Origin: a virus
Taxonomy: Duplodnaviria; Caudoviricetes
Virus record (IMG/VR): IMGVR_UViG_3300032307_000095
Span: 1 to 62,271 of that record
DNA length: 62,271 nt
Direction: 5' to 3' (one strand)
The position numbers were made by a program, and so were the translations under genes. The notes beneath the pieces were generated by a model. The model saw only the letters and a list, made by a program, of their open reading frames with translations, did no database searches and had not been told where the DNA came from. This document shows, piece after piece, positions 52,418 to 61,999 of the stretch. Numbering within the stretch: the first letter of the stretch is position 1; each line of letters starts with the position of its first letter.

Positions 52418-53032
52418 ATGACCACATCAGACGAATACCTAGCAGGCCTCTTTGATGGAGAGGGGTGCGTTTCTATGCACCTTGCAAAAGCCGGTTACGT
52501 ATCCGTCCATGTCAAGGTTTCAATGTGCGACCGCGCACCAGTGGCTGCTTTTTTTGCAAGATTCGGCGGAAGCATGTCAGACGGCCAGCAGATTACCAAG
52601 ACAGGTAGGCATGTCTACACGTGGTCTGTATTCAATGCCGAATGTGTTGAGGCGCTGCGTGTTTTTTCTGGGCTGTGCTTGGTTAAAAATGCTGTTGCTG
52701 CCGCAGCACTTCCAACCGCCGAAAGCATGGCAAACAATCCCACTCGCGGAGTTTTGTCGCAAGCAGAAAAAAGCGCTCGCGTAGAGGCTGCGAAGTTGAT
52801 TGCCAGAATTAACAAGCCTGTTGGAAAGCGCCGCATATTTGATGCTGGTTTGGTTGATGCATACATGACCCCAAAGAAAATGGGCGGAGGCAAAAGAGTT
52901 CGCCTATCTGATGGTCGTGTTTTTGAGACAACGCTTGCCGCAGCAGAAGCTCTTGGTGTGTCCATTTCTGCGGTATCCTTTGCCAAACGCAAGGGAACCC
53001 GTACAGCGGGCTTATTGGTGGAGGCCGCATGA
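52418..53032 (+). CDS. Free-standing single-motif LAGLIDADG homing endonuclease with NUMOD1-like C-terminal HTH
   Basis: YLAGLFDGEGC; DGRVFETTLAAAEALGV. Confidence 0.85.
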   Translation: MTTSDEYLAGLFDGEGCVSMHLAKAGYVSVHVKVSMCDRAPVAAFFARFGGSMSDGQQITKTGRHVYTWSVFNAECVEALRVFSGLCLVKNAVAAAALPTAESMANNPTRGVLSQAEKSARVEAAKLIARINKPVGKRRIFDAGLVDAYMTPKKMGGGKRVRLSDGRVFETTLAAAEALGVSISAVSFAKRKGTRTAGLLVEAA

Positions 53033-53730
53033 CGACATCTGGAACAGCATCTTTTTCGATGGATTTAACGGAGCTCGTGGAGGAGGCGTTTGAACGCGCT
53101 GGCGGTGAGCTGCGCACTGGCTATGACTTGCGTACGGCAAGCAGGTCTCTGAACTTGATGTTTGCTCAGTGGGCAAACAAAGGTTTGAACATGTTCACGT
53201 ACGAGCAGGGCATGATCAATTTGATCCCCGGTCAAGCAACGTACAACCTGCCTGTTGACACCGTAGATTTGTTGGAACACGTCATTCGTACGGGCGCAGG
53301 CAATGCCTCGACGCAGGCCGATCTGACCATTACTCGTATTAGTGTTTCTACCTATGCCACCATCCCAAACAAACTGCAGCAAGCGCGTCCAATTCAGGTC
53401 TGGATTGAGCGTCTAAACACGCCGCGCATCACAGTTTGGCCGGTGCCAGACAACTCGCAGCCCTACGTATTTGTGTACTGGCGTCTGCGCCGCATTCAGG
53501 ATGCCGGCACGGGCGTGAACACAATGGACATGCCGTTCCGCTTCTATGAAGCTATGACGGCTGGTTTGGCTTACCACCTTGCCCTCAAGATTCCCGGATC
53601 AATGGATCGACTGCCGATTCTGAAGCAGCAGTACGACGAGGCTTGGGACTTGGCTTCGACTGAAGATCGCGAAAAGGCTGCAGTTAGGTTTGTTCCTCGT
53701 GCAATGCACATTGGAAATGGTGGCTACTGA
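53029..53730 (+). CDS. Head-tail adaptor/neck protein
   Basis: LVEEAFERAG..SLNLMFAQWANKG; helical; position in the late arm. Confidence 0.65.
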   Translation: MTTSGTASFSMDLTELVEEAFERAGGELRTGYDLRTASRSLNLMFAQWANKGLNMFTYEQGMINLIPGQATYNLPVDTVDLLEHVIRTGAGNASTQADLTITRISVSTYATIPNKLQQARPIQVWIERLNTPRITVWPVPDNSQPYVFVYWRLRRIQDAGTGVNTMDMPFRFYEAMTAGLAYHLALKIPGSMDRLPILKQQYDEAWDLASTEDREKAAVRFVPRAMHIGNGGY

Positions 53731-54113
53731 TGTCAAACCGGTTTGCAGCAGGCCACAAAGCGATTGCCATGTGCGACCGCTGCGGCCAGCAATACAAACT
53801 CAAACAGCTTAGAACCGAGATCATCAAGCAACGCAAGTATCAGTTGCTGGTGTGCCCGGAATGCTGGGACCCTGATCAGCCGCAGTTGATGCTGGGTACG
53901 TTCCCTGTGGATGACCCGCAGGCGCTGAGAAACCCACGCAGGGATACAACCTACGTGACGTCCGGCTTGAACGACGATGGCAACCTGTCTGGCGGATCAA
54001 GGGACATTCAGTGGGGCTGGAACCCTGTAGGCGGGGCCAGCTTCTTTGACACGGCGCTTACCCCAAACTACTTGGTGGCAACCGCGTTTGTTGGTACAGT
54101 TACGACATCTTGA
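53730..54113 (+). CDS. Zn-finger protein
   Basis: CDRCG...CPECWD. Confidence 0.7.
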   Translation: MSNRFAAGHKAIAMCDRCGQQYKLKQLRTEIIKQRKYQLLVCPECWDPDQPQLMLGTFPVDDPQALRNPRRDTTYVTSGLNDDGNLSGGSRDIQWGWNPVGGASFFDTALTPNYLVATAFVGTVTTS

Positions 54114-54123
54114 AGGAAACGAC

Positions 54124-54390
54124 ATGGCTAAATTCAGTCACAAAATGATGGGCAAAGAAGTTGGTCAAGCCAGCGTCTACGCCGAACCCCACACCATGAA
54201 GGGCAAGGTTGTCAAAGCCTCTACCAATCCCGGCAAGGAGCCGAACCGCAGCAATGTGGATACGGTGAATATGAGCATTGGCGCTCTTAGCAACAAGCCT
54301 GATGGCATGGGCACCAAGACCAGCGGTATCAAAATCCGTGGCACTGGCGCAGCCACCAAAGGTGTGATGGCCCGAGGCCCAATGGCATAA
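54124..54390 (+). CDS. Small basic protein
   Basis: AAGGA RBS; ends KIRGTGAATKGVMARGPMA. Confidence 0.7.
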   Translation: MAKFSHKMMGKEVGQASVYAEPHTMKGKVVKASTNPGKEPNRSNVDTVNMSIGALSNKPDGMGTKTSGIKIRGTGAATKGVMARGPMA

Positions 54391-54393
54391 AAC

Positions 54394-55053
54394 ATGACGT
54401 ACGACGAACTGGTCATTGCTGTTTCAAACTACTGCGAGAACGTATTCTCGACGGTAGACATGGACACGTTTATCCGGCAAGCTGAGCAGCGTATATACAA
54501 CGTTGCTCAGCCAGCCAATCAGCGCAAGAACGTGACCGGATCGTTAACAGCAGGAAACAAGTATCTCCAGTGCCCCGTAGACTTTTTGTCTGTGTACAGC
54601 TTGGCAATTTACCCTGCTGCTGGCGGCGCGTACGAGTATTTGCTGGACAAGGATGTGAACTTCATCCGGCAGGCGTACCCCAACCCAGCCACCACGGGCA
54701 AGCCCAAGCACTACGCTATCTTCGGGCCACGCTCGGACAATGAAGATGAGCTGACGCTGATTCTTGGTCCAACACCTGATGCTGCCTACAGCGCAGAGCT
54801 GCATTACTACGCGTACCCAGAATCCATTGTGGACGCTGCCGATGGTCGCACTTGGTTGGGTGACAACTTCGACTCTGTTCTGCTGTACGGCACTATGAAC
54901 GAAGCGTTGACATACATGAAAGGCGAGACCGAGATGGTCAAGCTGTACCAAGAACGGTATGTTCAGGCGATTGCTCTGTACAAGAACTTGGCAGACGGCA
55001 AACAGCGCGGTGATGCATACCGCAACGGCCAAGTTAGAACGGCGGTCCAATGA
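54394..55053 (+). CDS. Tail adaptor/tubular-like protein
   Basis: MTYDEL..FIRQAEQRI, GPTPD..Y, LLYG. Confidence 0.65.
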   Translation: MTYDELVIAVSNYCENVFSTVDMDTFIRQAEQRIYNVAQPANQRKNVTGSLTAGNKYLQCPVDFLSVYSLAIYPAAGGAYEYLLDKDVNFIRQAYPNPATTGKPKHYAIFGPRSDNEDELTLILGPTPDAAYSAELHYYAYPESIVDAADGRTWLGDNFDSVLLYGTMNEALTYMKGETEMVKLYQERYVQAIALYKNLADGKQRGDAYRNGQVRTAVQ

Positions 55054-55466
55054 GCAACATCGTTCAGACACAGACCACCAGCTTCAAGGCGGAGTTGTAC
55101 GAGGGCATCCACAACTTGCTCACGGACACTTTGCGTATTGCGCTGTACACGGCCAACGCAAACCTCAACGAAGACACCACCGTTTACACGACAACCGCAG
55201 AGGTGTTTGGTACGGGGTACGTGGCTGGCGGGGTTGTATTGACCGGTGTCACGGTCTCCAAGTCTGGTTACACGGCTTACGTGAATTTCAACAACGTTGC
55301 GTTTGGGGCTTCGGTGACTGCACGTTGCGCTTTGATTTACAACGCAAGCAAGGCCAATCGGTCTATCGCTGTGCTGGACTTTGGTTCGGACAAGACATCG
55401 ACCAGCTTTACCATCACCATGCCGCAAAACACTGCAACGACGGCACTCATTCGCAGTTCAATTTAG
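55050..55466 (+). CDS. Tail/fibre-associated structural protein
   Basis: SFKAEL, IALYT, GYVAGG, ALIYN, VLDFG. Confidence 0.65.
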   Translation: MSNIVQTQTTSFKAELYEGIHNLLTDTLRIALYTANANLNEDTTVYTTTAEVFGTGYVAGGVVLTGVTVSKSGYTAYVNFNNVAFGASVTARCALIYNASKANRSIAVLDFGSDKTSTSFTITMPQNTATTALIRSSI

Positions 55467-55474
55467 GAGTCATC

Positions 55475-56038
55475 ATGACCGCAGACCGCATTAATGCCAC
55501 TGACAAGGTGGAAGCTGCTTGCAGCTACAACACACAACCCGTTGATCAGATGAGCATCCACGGCTCGTACCATGCCGTTTGTTACGACGCGCAAGGCAAT
55601 ATTAAGTGGGAAGACGGCATTAAGAATTTGGTGACAACCGTAGGCAAGAACCTGACGCTGGACACCATTCTGGGCAACTCGGCTGCTGGCGCTGTAGTGA
55701 TGGGCCTCAAAGGCACCGGCTCTGCCAACGTAGCGGACACCCAAGCCTCGCACGCAGGCTGGCTGGAAGTGGGTCTGGCTAACGCCCCCACATACTCTGG
55801 CAACCGCAAGACGCCTTCGTTCAGCGCAGCTTCTGCTGGCAGCAAAACCACGTCTTCGGCGGTCAGCTTCTCGATCACATCGACTGGTACAGTGGCTGGC
55901 TGCTTCATTAACATTGGTGGCAGTGCAACAATTGACGATACAACAGGCACCCTGTTTTCGGCTGGCGATTTTTCCAGCTCAAAAGCGGTTGTTTCCGGTG
56001 ATTCGATTGCCGTTACGTACACAGCCACTTTGACCTAA
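55475..56038 (+). CDS. Tail/fibre-associated structural protein (start MTADRI)
   Basis: AGGAG RBS at 55465; NLVTTVG; T/S/G-rich. Confidence 0.65.
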   Translation: MTADRINATDKVEAACSYNTQPVDQMSIHGSYHAVCYDAQGNIKWEDGIKNLVTTVGKNLTLDTILGNSAAGAVVMGLKGTGSANVADTQASHAGWLEVGLANAPTYSGNRKTPSFSAASAGSKTTSSAVSFSITSTGTVAGCFINIGGSATIDDTTGTLFSAGDFSSSKAVVSGDSIAVTYTATLT

Positions 56039-56040
56039 TC

Positions 56041-56952
56041 ATGGCCGTTGGATGGGGCGCAGGCACTTGGGGTTCTAACGCATGGGGCGGGGGTGAGACA
56101 CTCCCAGTCAGCGTTACGGAGACTGCTGCCCTTTCCGAAAGTCAGGCTGCATCGCAAGAGTTTGCGGCCGCAGCAAATGAGACTGTGGCACTTGCAGAGA
56201 ATCAGAACGCAGGTGCTACGTTTCAGGTTTTGATTAGCGAGTCCTTGGCGGCTCAGACCGGCTGGGGCGTTGGTACTTGGGGCAGTAATGCTTGGGGCGG
56301 CAAGAGTACCATCAAAGAAACTCAGACGGTTGCACTAACGATCAACGTCGCGGTATCGGAGACGGCAGAGCTTGCAGAAGCCCAGACAGCCATAACGGAC
56401 TACACGGCGGCAGTTTCGGATACAGCGGCGCTGACAGAAGAGCAGATTGTTGCAGCTACGTTTGCCCTGTCGGTGGACGAAAGCGCAGCAATTACGGAAG
56501 ATCAGGCGGTTGCGGCCACGTTTGCGTTCTCAGTAGACGAGACGATGGAGGCCACAACGGAAGAGATTGTTGGCACGCAGTTCAACGAAACGGTTGAAGA
56601 AAGCGTAGCGACCAGTACTGACGAGGTTGCGGCCACGGCGTATAACAGCTTGTCTGTATCCGAGTCAGCGGCATTTGCGGCTACTCAAGAGGCGGCGGTT
56701 GCGTTTGTTGCTTCGATTAATGAGTTGGCGGCGCTAACGGCGCAAGAATTTGCGGCTACGGCGTACAACGTGAGCAGGCTGGAAACAGCCATAATCACGG
56801 AAACACAGACGGGACGTTATTTCTGGGAACCAGTAGATGACATTCAGGACGCCAACTGGCAAAATGTCGGAAATGTGCAAGCGGCCAACTGGCAAGATAT
56901 TACCAACACACAGAATCCGGCTTGGACGGATGTTGTTACTCAGGAGTCGTAA
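56041..56952 (+). CDS. Acidic repetitive virion protein
   Basis: GWGxGTWGSNAWGG twice and many ~22-aa V-x-E/D-T/S repeats. Confidence 0.65.
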   Translation: MAVGWGAGTWGSNAWGGGETLPVSVTETAALSESQAASQEFAAAANETVALAENQNAGATFQVLISESLAAQTGWGVGTWGSNAWGGKSTIKETQTVALTINVAVSETAELAEAQTAITDYTAAVSDTAALTEEQIVAATFALSVDESAAITEDQAVAATFAFSVDETMEATTEEIVGTQFNETVEESVATSTDEVAATAYNSLSVSESAAFAATQEAAVAFVASINELAALTAQEFAATAYNVSRLETAIITETQTGRYFWEPVDDIQDANWQNVGNVQAANWQDITNTQNPAWTDVVTQES

Positions 56953-57933
56953 ATGACAACAGGAAATACCACGCTGCTCGGACTGGCTCTGCCGGTTGAA
57001 GGCGAACTTGACGGCACATGGGGCGATGTTGTCAATGACTCGATCACCTCGCTGGTGGACTCCGCTGTAGCGGGTACAACTACCCTGAGCGCAGACTCGG
57101 ACGTTACGTTGACCACTACAGTGCTTGCAGCTAACCAAGCCCGTCAGGCAGTTCTTCTGTGGACGGCCAGCAACGGAGCCACGACGCGCAACATCACAGC
57201 GCCTGCTCAGAGCAAACCATACATTGTCATCAACGCGGGCACAGGCTCCGTCGTTCTGCGCGGCGCAGGCCCAACCGCTGGCGTGACGATCGTGTCTGGC
57301 GAGAAATGCTTGGCTGCATGGAACGGTTCGGACTTTGTGAAGATCGCTACCAGCACCGCTGATGGCGTCACGTCTGTCGGCGGCACGGGCACGGTAAACG
57401 GCATTACGCTCACAGGCACTGTGACGTCCACTGGCAACTTAACTTTAGGCGGAACCCTTTCGGGCGTAAGTCTGAGTACGCAAGTTACAGGCACTCTCCC
57501 GATTGCCAACGGCGGTATTGGTGCAACATCTTTTGCTGCTGCGGGTCTTGCTACGTTGACGGGGGCTGAAACACTGACCAACAAAACTGTCGAGGCTGGC
57601 ACGTTCACCAACGGCTACATAGAAGAGACTGTGACCGCCAACACTGGCACGGCCTACACCATTGATCTTGCCAACGGCTCTGTGCAAATCCTGACCTTGA
57701 CAGGCAACTGCACCTTCACATTCCCAACGGCTACAGCGGGACAGTCTTTTATCTTGCTGCTCAAGCAAGACGGTACAGGTGGACGCACAGTGACATGGCC
57801 TGCATCAGTTGAGTGGCCTGGTGCAACAGCACCCACGATCACCAGCACGGCATCCAAGCTGGACAAGTTTGTGTTCACCGCTGCTGATTCAAATTGGTAC
57901 GGTTCGGTTGCTGGGCAGGCATATACCGTCTAA
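56953..57933 (+). CDS. Tail fibre protein
   Basis: T/G-rich; VTGTLPIANGG, ETLTNKT, QDGTGGRTVTWP. Confidence 0.75.
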   Translation: MTTGNTTLLGLALPVEGELDGTWGDVVNDSITSLVDSAVAGTTTLSADSDVTLTTTVLAANQARQAVLLWTASNGATTRNITAPAQSKPYIVINAGTGSVVLRGAGPTAGVTIVSGEKCLAAWNGSDFVKIATSTADGVTSVGGTGTVNGITLTGTVTSTGNLTLGGTLSGVSLSTQVTGTLPIANGGIGATSFAAAGLATLTGAETLTNKTVEAGTFTNGYIEETVTANTGTAYTIDLANGSVQILTLTGNCTFTFPTATAGQSFILLLKQDGTGGRTVTWPASVEWPGATAPTITSTASKLDKFVFTAADSNWYGSVAGQAYTV

Positions 57934-57942
57934 GGGGCTTGA

Positions 57943-60327
57943 ATGTTCAGTTCAAACACAACACAAGTTTCATCTGGCGGCTACGAGATTCAGCGTTCGC
58001 TGCGGTTTAACAGTGCTGACACGGCTTTCTTAAACAGAACTCCATCTACGGCAACCAACCGCAAGACTTGGACGTTTAGTGCGTGGATTAAACGCAGTGG
58101 GTTGGGAGGCTCCAATAATGCTGTAATTTCCGCAGGAACAGCGGGAAATCCTAGAGGTCTTGTGTACTTTACAAACGACCAGTTTGGGTTTTACCAAAAC
58201 AGCATAGGCAGCGAAATGTTTGCGTTGTCTGCGGCAGTATTCCGTGATCCAAGTGCTTGGTATCACTGCGTTGTTGCTTTTGATTCAACGCAAAGCACAG
58301 ATACAAACAGAATAAAAATTTATGTAAACAGTGTGCAGCAAACAATTTCGTCAGGCGCGATTTGGCCTGTGCAAAATTCTGATTCAGTTTTTAACGCCAA
58401 TATTGATCATTTTATTGGTGCTTACATAGGGGGCGCTCATTTCCCCGGCTACATGACCGAGGTGAACTTCATCGACGGTCAAGCCCTGACACCATCATCG
58501 TTTGGCGAGATCAACGCTGACACAGGTGTGTGGCAACCCAAGCCCTACGCTGGCAGCTACGGCACAAACGGCTTCTACCTGAACTTCAGCAACAACAGCA
58601 ACACCACTGCTGCAACTCTTGGTGCTGACTACTCAGGCAACGGCAACAACTGGACACCCAACAACTTCAGCGTGAGTGCGGGTGCTGGTAATGACTCTCT
58701 GGTGGATGTGCCAACGAACTGGGGTTCAGACTCTGGTGTAGGCGGGACTGTGCGGGGGAATTACTGCACGTTGAATCCTTTGTCTAATCCCGGCGCTTCA
58801 ACGCTATCAAATGGCAATTTGGATTGCGTTACATCGGCAGGCAATACTGGCCGTGTTGTTGGCACAACCAGCATGAGTTCTGGGAAATGGTATTGGGAAT
58901 ACAGCAAAACAGCAGCAAACACTTACAATTTGCTTGGCGGTATTGCCCCAGACTATGAATTTACGTCTGCTGAGCCGGGTAGAACTGCGGCTTCTTATGG
59001 TTATTACGGGGGCACTGGTCAAAAGTACAACAATGCAACCTTAACCTCTTATGGATCATCCTACACAAATGGCGACATTATTGGTGTTGCTTTGGACATG
59101 GATGCTGGAACACTGACTTTTTATAAGAATGGAGTTAGTCAAGGTGTTGCATTTAGCGGGTTAACTGGATCATTTGTCCCTGCAATTTCTGCTGAAAACG
59201 CGTCTTCAATTAGCCTGTCTGTCAACTTCGGTCAGCGCCCCTTTGCTTATACAGCCCCATCAGGCTTCAAAGCACTGAACACGCAGAACCTGCCAACTCC
59301 AACGATTGGGGCTACTCCAACGACTCAGGCGGGGAAGTTCTTTAATCCTGTGCTGTGGACAGGTAATGGCGCAAATAACCGTGCTGTTACTGGTGTTGGA
59401 TTTCAGCCTGATTTTGTTTGGGCCAAATCAAGAAGCGCAGCCACAAGCAACGTGTTGAACGATGTCATTCGTGGCGGTAGCCGTACTCTGTTTTCAAACA
59501 CAACAGAAGCTGAGTATTACGATCCTGACGCTTTCGTGCAGTCATTTACCTCGGATGGCTTCACTGTCGGCCAGCTAGGTGGCGTGAACGAAAATACAAG
59601 CACCTACGTCGCATGGAACTGGAAAGCCAACGGCGCTGGCGTAACCAACACAGCAGGCTCCATCACCAGCACGGTGAGCGCCAACACGACTTCAGGGTTT
59701 AGTGTGGTGAACGCCTTGATGAACACTGGCACAAACCAGTCAGTTGGTCACGGCTTGGGCGCTCGACCTGCAATGGTTATTTTGAAGAACAGGGCCATTT
59801 CTGACGATTGGTATGTGTGGCATCAGTCTTTTACAAATCAGACAGATAGTTTTTTGCGACTGAATACAACTGCTGCTGTTAGCGACATCCCCGGTCTTTG
59901 GGGTTCTGGCATGACCAGCACAGTCATTGGAGTACGTCCTTCTTCGTTTGTGACTGCCTCGCAAAATGTGATCATGTACGCGTTCGCAGAAGTCCCCGGC
60001 TATTCACGTTTCGGCAGTTACACAGGCAACGGCAGTACTGATGGGCCTTTTGTGTTCTGCGGGTTTAGGCCAGCGTATGTGCTGATTAAGGCATCATCAA
60101 TAGCGAATGATTGGGTTGTTTTTGATGATGCTCGAAACACATCCAACGCTGCCACACAAGGTCTTTATCCAAACCTGAATATTGCAGAGCAGTCATTTGC
60201 TGGAATTGACATTTTGTCAAACGGATTTAAGTTGCGGAATTCCACCCAGTTAGCCAACCAGAGTGGAACCACCTACATCTTCGCAGCCTTCGCAGAGTTT
60301 CCTCAGAAATTTTCGCTTGCCCGATAG
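57943..60327 (+). CDS. Receptor-binding/fibre protein with ConA-like lectin and SPRY domains
   Basis: RSLRFN, FRDPSAWYH, SSGKWYWE, GVALDMDAGTLTFYKNG, NFGQ. Confidence 0.8.
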   Translation: MFSSNTTQVSSGGYEIQRSLRFNSADTAFLNRTPSTATNRKTWTFSAWIKRSGLGGSNNAVISAGTAGNPRGLVYFTNDQFGFYQNSIGSEMFALSAAVFRDPSAWYHCVVAFDSTQSTDTNRIKIYVNSVQQTISSGAIWPVQNSDSVFNANIDHFIGAYIGGAHFPGYMTEVNFIDGQALTPSSFGEINADTGVWQPKPYAGSYGTNGFYLNFSNNSNTTAATLGADYSGNGNNWTPNNFSVSAGAGNDSLVDVPTNWGSDSGVGGTVRGNYCTLNPLSNPGASTLSNGNLDCVTSAGNTGRVVGTTSMSSGKWYWEYSKTAANTYNLLGGIAPDYEFTSAEPGRTAASYGYYGGTGQKYNNATLTSYGSSYTNGDIIGVALDMDAGTLTFYKNGVSQGVAFSGLTGSFVPAISAENASSISLSVNFGQRPFAYTAPSGFKALNTQNLPTPTIGATPTTQAGKFFNPVLWTGNGANNRAVTGVGFQPDFVWAKSRSAATSNVLNDVIRGGSRTLFSNTTEAEYYDPDAFVQSFTSDGFTVGQLGGVNENTSTYVAWNWKANGAGVTNTAGSITSTVSANTTSGFSVVNALMNTGTNQSVGHGLGARPAMVILKNRAISDDWYVWHQSFTNQTDSFLRLNTTAAVSDIPGLWGSGMTSTVIGVRPSSFVTASQNVIMYAFAEVPGYSRFGSYTGNGSTDGPFVFCGFRPAYVLIKASSIANDWVVFDDARNTSNAATQGLYPNLNIAEQSFAGIDILSNGFKLRNSTQLANQSGTTYIFAAFAEFPQKFSLAR

Positions 60328-60336
60328 GTAAATAAA

Positions 60337-60876
60337 ATGCCACAAGGAAGATTTCATCAAGACCAAAGCGGAACAAAGTTAAATATGTTGACTTTGCTTT
60401 TCCGCACAGGAGAACAGACAAAAAACAGCAGTTATAAATACATGACTCGTTGTGACTGTGGTGCTGAAAAAGTTATTGCTTATAGCCAAATGAAAAATGG
60501 CAAAGCAAATTCATGTGGATGTTTGCAGCGCCGCAAAGGGAAAGATAGCCCTAACTTCAAGCATGGGCTTTCTCAGAATAGAGAGACAGGGCAGTACAAG
60601 CGCTACCAAAGGGAGTGCTTTGATCGCTTCAAGTACGGACTTGAGCCGGAGCATAAACAGGCAATGCTTGACGCACAGTCTGGTGGTTGCGCCATTTGTG
60701 GCTACAAGTTTGGTCAAAAAAAAGGTGATATGCGGGTCGATCACTGCCACGCAACCGGAGTAGTTCGTGGACTGCTCTGCGACCATTGCAACCGAGGTTT
60801 AGGGTTTTTCAGAGACAATTCACAATCGCTGGAAAATGCTTCGGCTTACGTCCAAAAATTCGCACTCGCACGTTAA
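60337..60876 (+). CDS. Free-standing Endonuclease VII-type HNH homing endonuclease
   Basis: CDCG..SCGC N-terminal domain; CAICG..VDHCH..VRGLLCDHCNRGLG. Confidence 0.88.
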   Translation: MPQGRFHQDQSGTKLNMLTLLFRTGEQTKNSSYKYMTRCDCGAEKVIAYSQMKNGKANSCGCLQRRKGKDSPNFKHGLSQNRETGQYKRYQRECFDRFKYGLEPEHKQAMLDAQSGGCAICGYKFGQKKGDMRVDHCHATGVVRGLLCDHCNRGLGFFRDNSQSLENASAYVQKFALAR

Positions 60877-60885
60877 GGAGCAACC

Positions 60886-61404
60886 ATGTTTGCATTGATT
60901 CAAGATTCCCAAGTCACCCAAGTCGGTGAGCCATCACAACTCTTTCCCAACACCAGTGGAGCCAACGCAGCCTATGCCATTGAGCAAGGTGCTGTGGAAG
61001 TGGTTGAGGGTGAACAGAAAGACCAGCGGTTCTACTGGGTCACGTTCAGCCACTACGAGGTAACAGGCTCCACAGTGACCCGCACCTACACCAACACACC
61101 CAAGGCGCTTGAGGATGTGACCGAGACACCTGAAGGGCAGACAGAGCCTGTGACCACCAAGGGTCTCAAGTCGCAGTGGATTGCTCAGTGCAAGGCTGCT
61201 GCTGGCTCTGCATTGGCTCAGACCGATTGGTGCGTGACTCGCAAGTTTGAGCGTGGCATCGACATTCCAGAAGCCATTGCAGCCGAACGCGCTCAGATCG
61301 TTGCTGACTGCAACGCCAAAGAAGCTGCAATTGCTGCTTGCACTACAGTGGAGGAACTGATGGCTGTGGTTGCGCCTGTGAACACGGCTGCTCCCGGTAT
61401 CTGA
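60886..61404 (+). CDS. Tail fibre assembly-like protein
   Basis: LAQTDW motif; follows the fibre genes. Confidence 0.55.
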   Translation: MFALIQDSQVTQVGEPSQLFPNTSGANAAYAIEQGAVEVVEGEQKDQRFYWVTFSHYEVTGSTVTRTYTNTPKALEDVTETPEGQTEPVTTKGLKSQWIAQCKAAAGSALAQTDWCVTRKFERGIDIPEAIAAERAQIVADCNAKEAAIAACTTVEELMAVVAPVNTAAPGI

Positions 61405-61406
61405 CC

Positions 61407-61499
61407 ATGAAAGACTATGCCGAGGCTCTGGTCGCGGCAGTCTGCGTTGTTGCGCTCATCATCTGGTGCGCTTACTTTATTGTCCCGTTGCTGAGGTGA
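61407..61499 (+). CDS. Small TM peptide
   Basis: MKDYAEALVAAVCVVALIIWCAYFIVPLLR fills the intergenic gap. Confidence 0.4.
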   Translation: MKDYAEALVAAVCVVALIIWCAYFIVPLLR

Positions 61500-61502
61500 T
61501 GT

Positions 61503-61925
61503 ATGGCTGAAGTCTCTGAAATTCAAATGCTCAAGGCGCAAGCGCGTGCTGAGTTAAACCGTCTGGAGGCGCACTCCAGTGCCAAAGAGGTAGCAGGTAA
61601 AGCTGTCGGCAAGCATGGCCTTTTGTACATCACGACCATCGTGATCGTTGGTGTTGGTGCGAGCATCGTTTTGGAGGAGTCCAAGATCGCTGCCGTCATC
61701 GGCCTTGTGTCTGCTGCGCTCACGGCTCTGATCTCCATGCTGAACGGCGTGGCTGGGGCGAACCCCAAGCAAGAGCGTCCTGAGTTTGAGGTCATGAAGC
61801 AGTTGATCGACAAGCTCGACCGACTGGATCGCAAAGAGCAGCCAATGCGGGTTACGGTGGAAGGCGACAAGGTAACGGTTGCCAAGGGCGACGACTCGAT
61901 CACCACCTCCAAGGGTGCTGAGTGA
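61503..61925 (+). CDS. Two-TM membrane protein
   Basis: Two hydrophobic helices; GAGG RBS. Confidence 0.7.
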   Translation: MAEVSEIQMLKAQARAELNRLEAHSSAKEVAGKAVGKHGLLYITTIVIVGVGASIVLEESKIAAVIGLVSAALTALISMLNGVAGANPKQERPEFEVMKQLIDKLDRLDRKEQPMRVTVEGDKVTVAKGDDSITTSKGAE

Positions 61926-61999
61926 AGGTAAAAATAGCCATCATCATCGTAGTGGTGTGGTGGCTTTTGATGGTGGCCCGGTTGTTTATGGGGTGAAGT

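Noticed and set aside
54959-55474. 5' extension of ORF 54959-56038 as a real overlapped or frameshifted product
   Set aside because: It overlaps two good genes, a clear AGGAG RBS precedes ATG 55475, and no slippery site was seen. The same reasoning trimmed the ORFs at 27006-27950, 34475-35098, 37960-38403 and 52088-52414.
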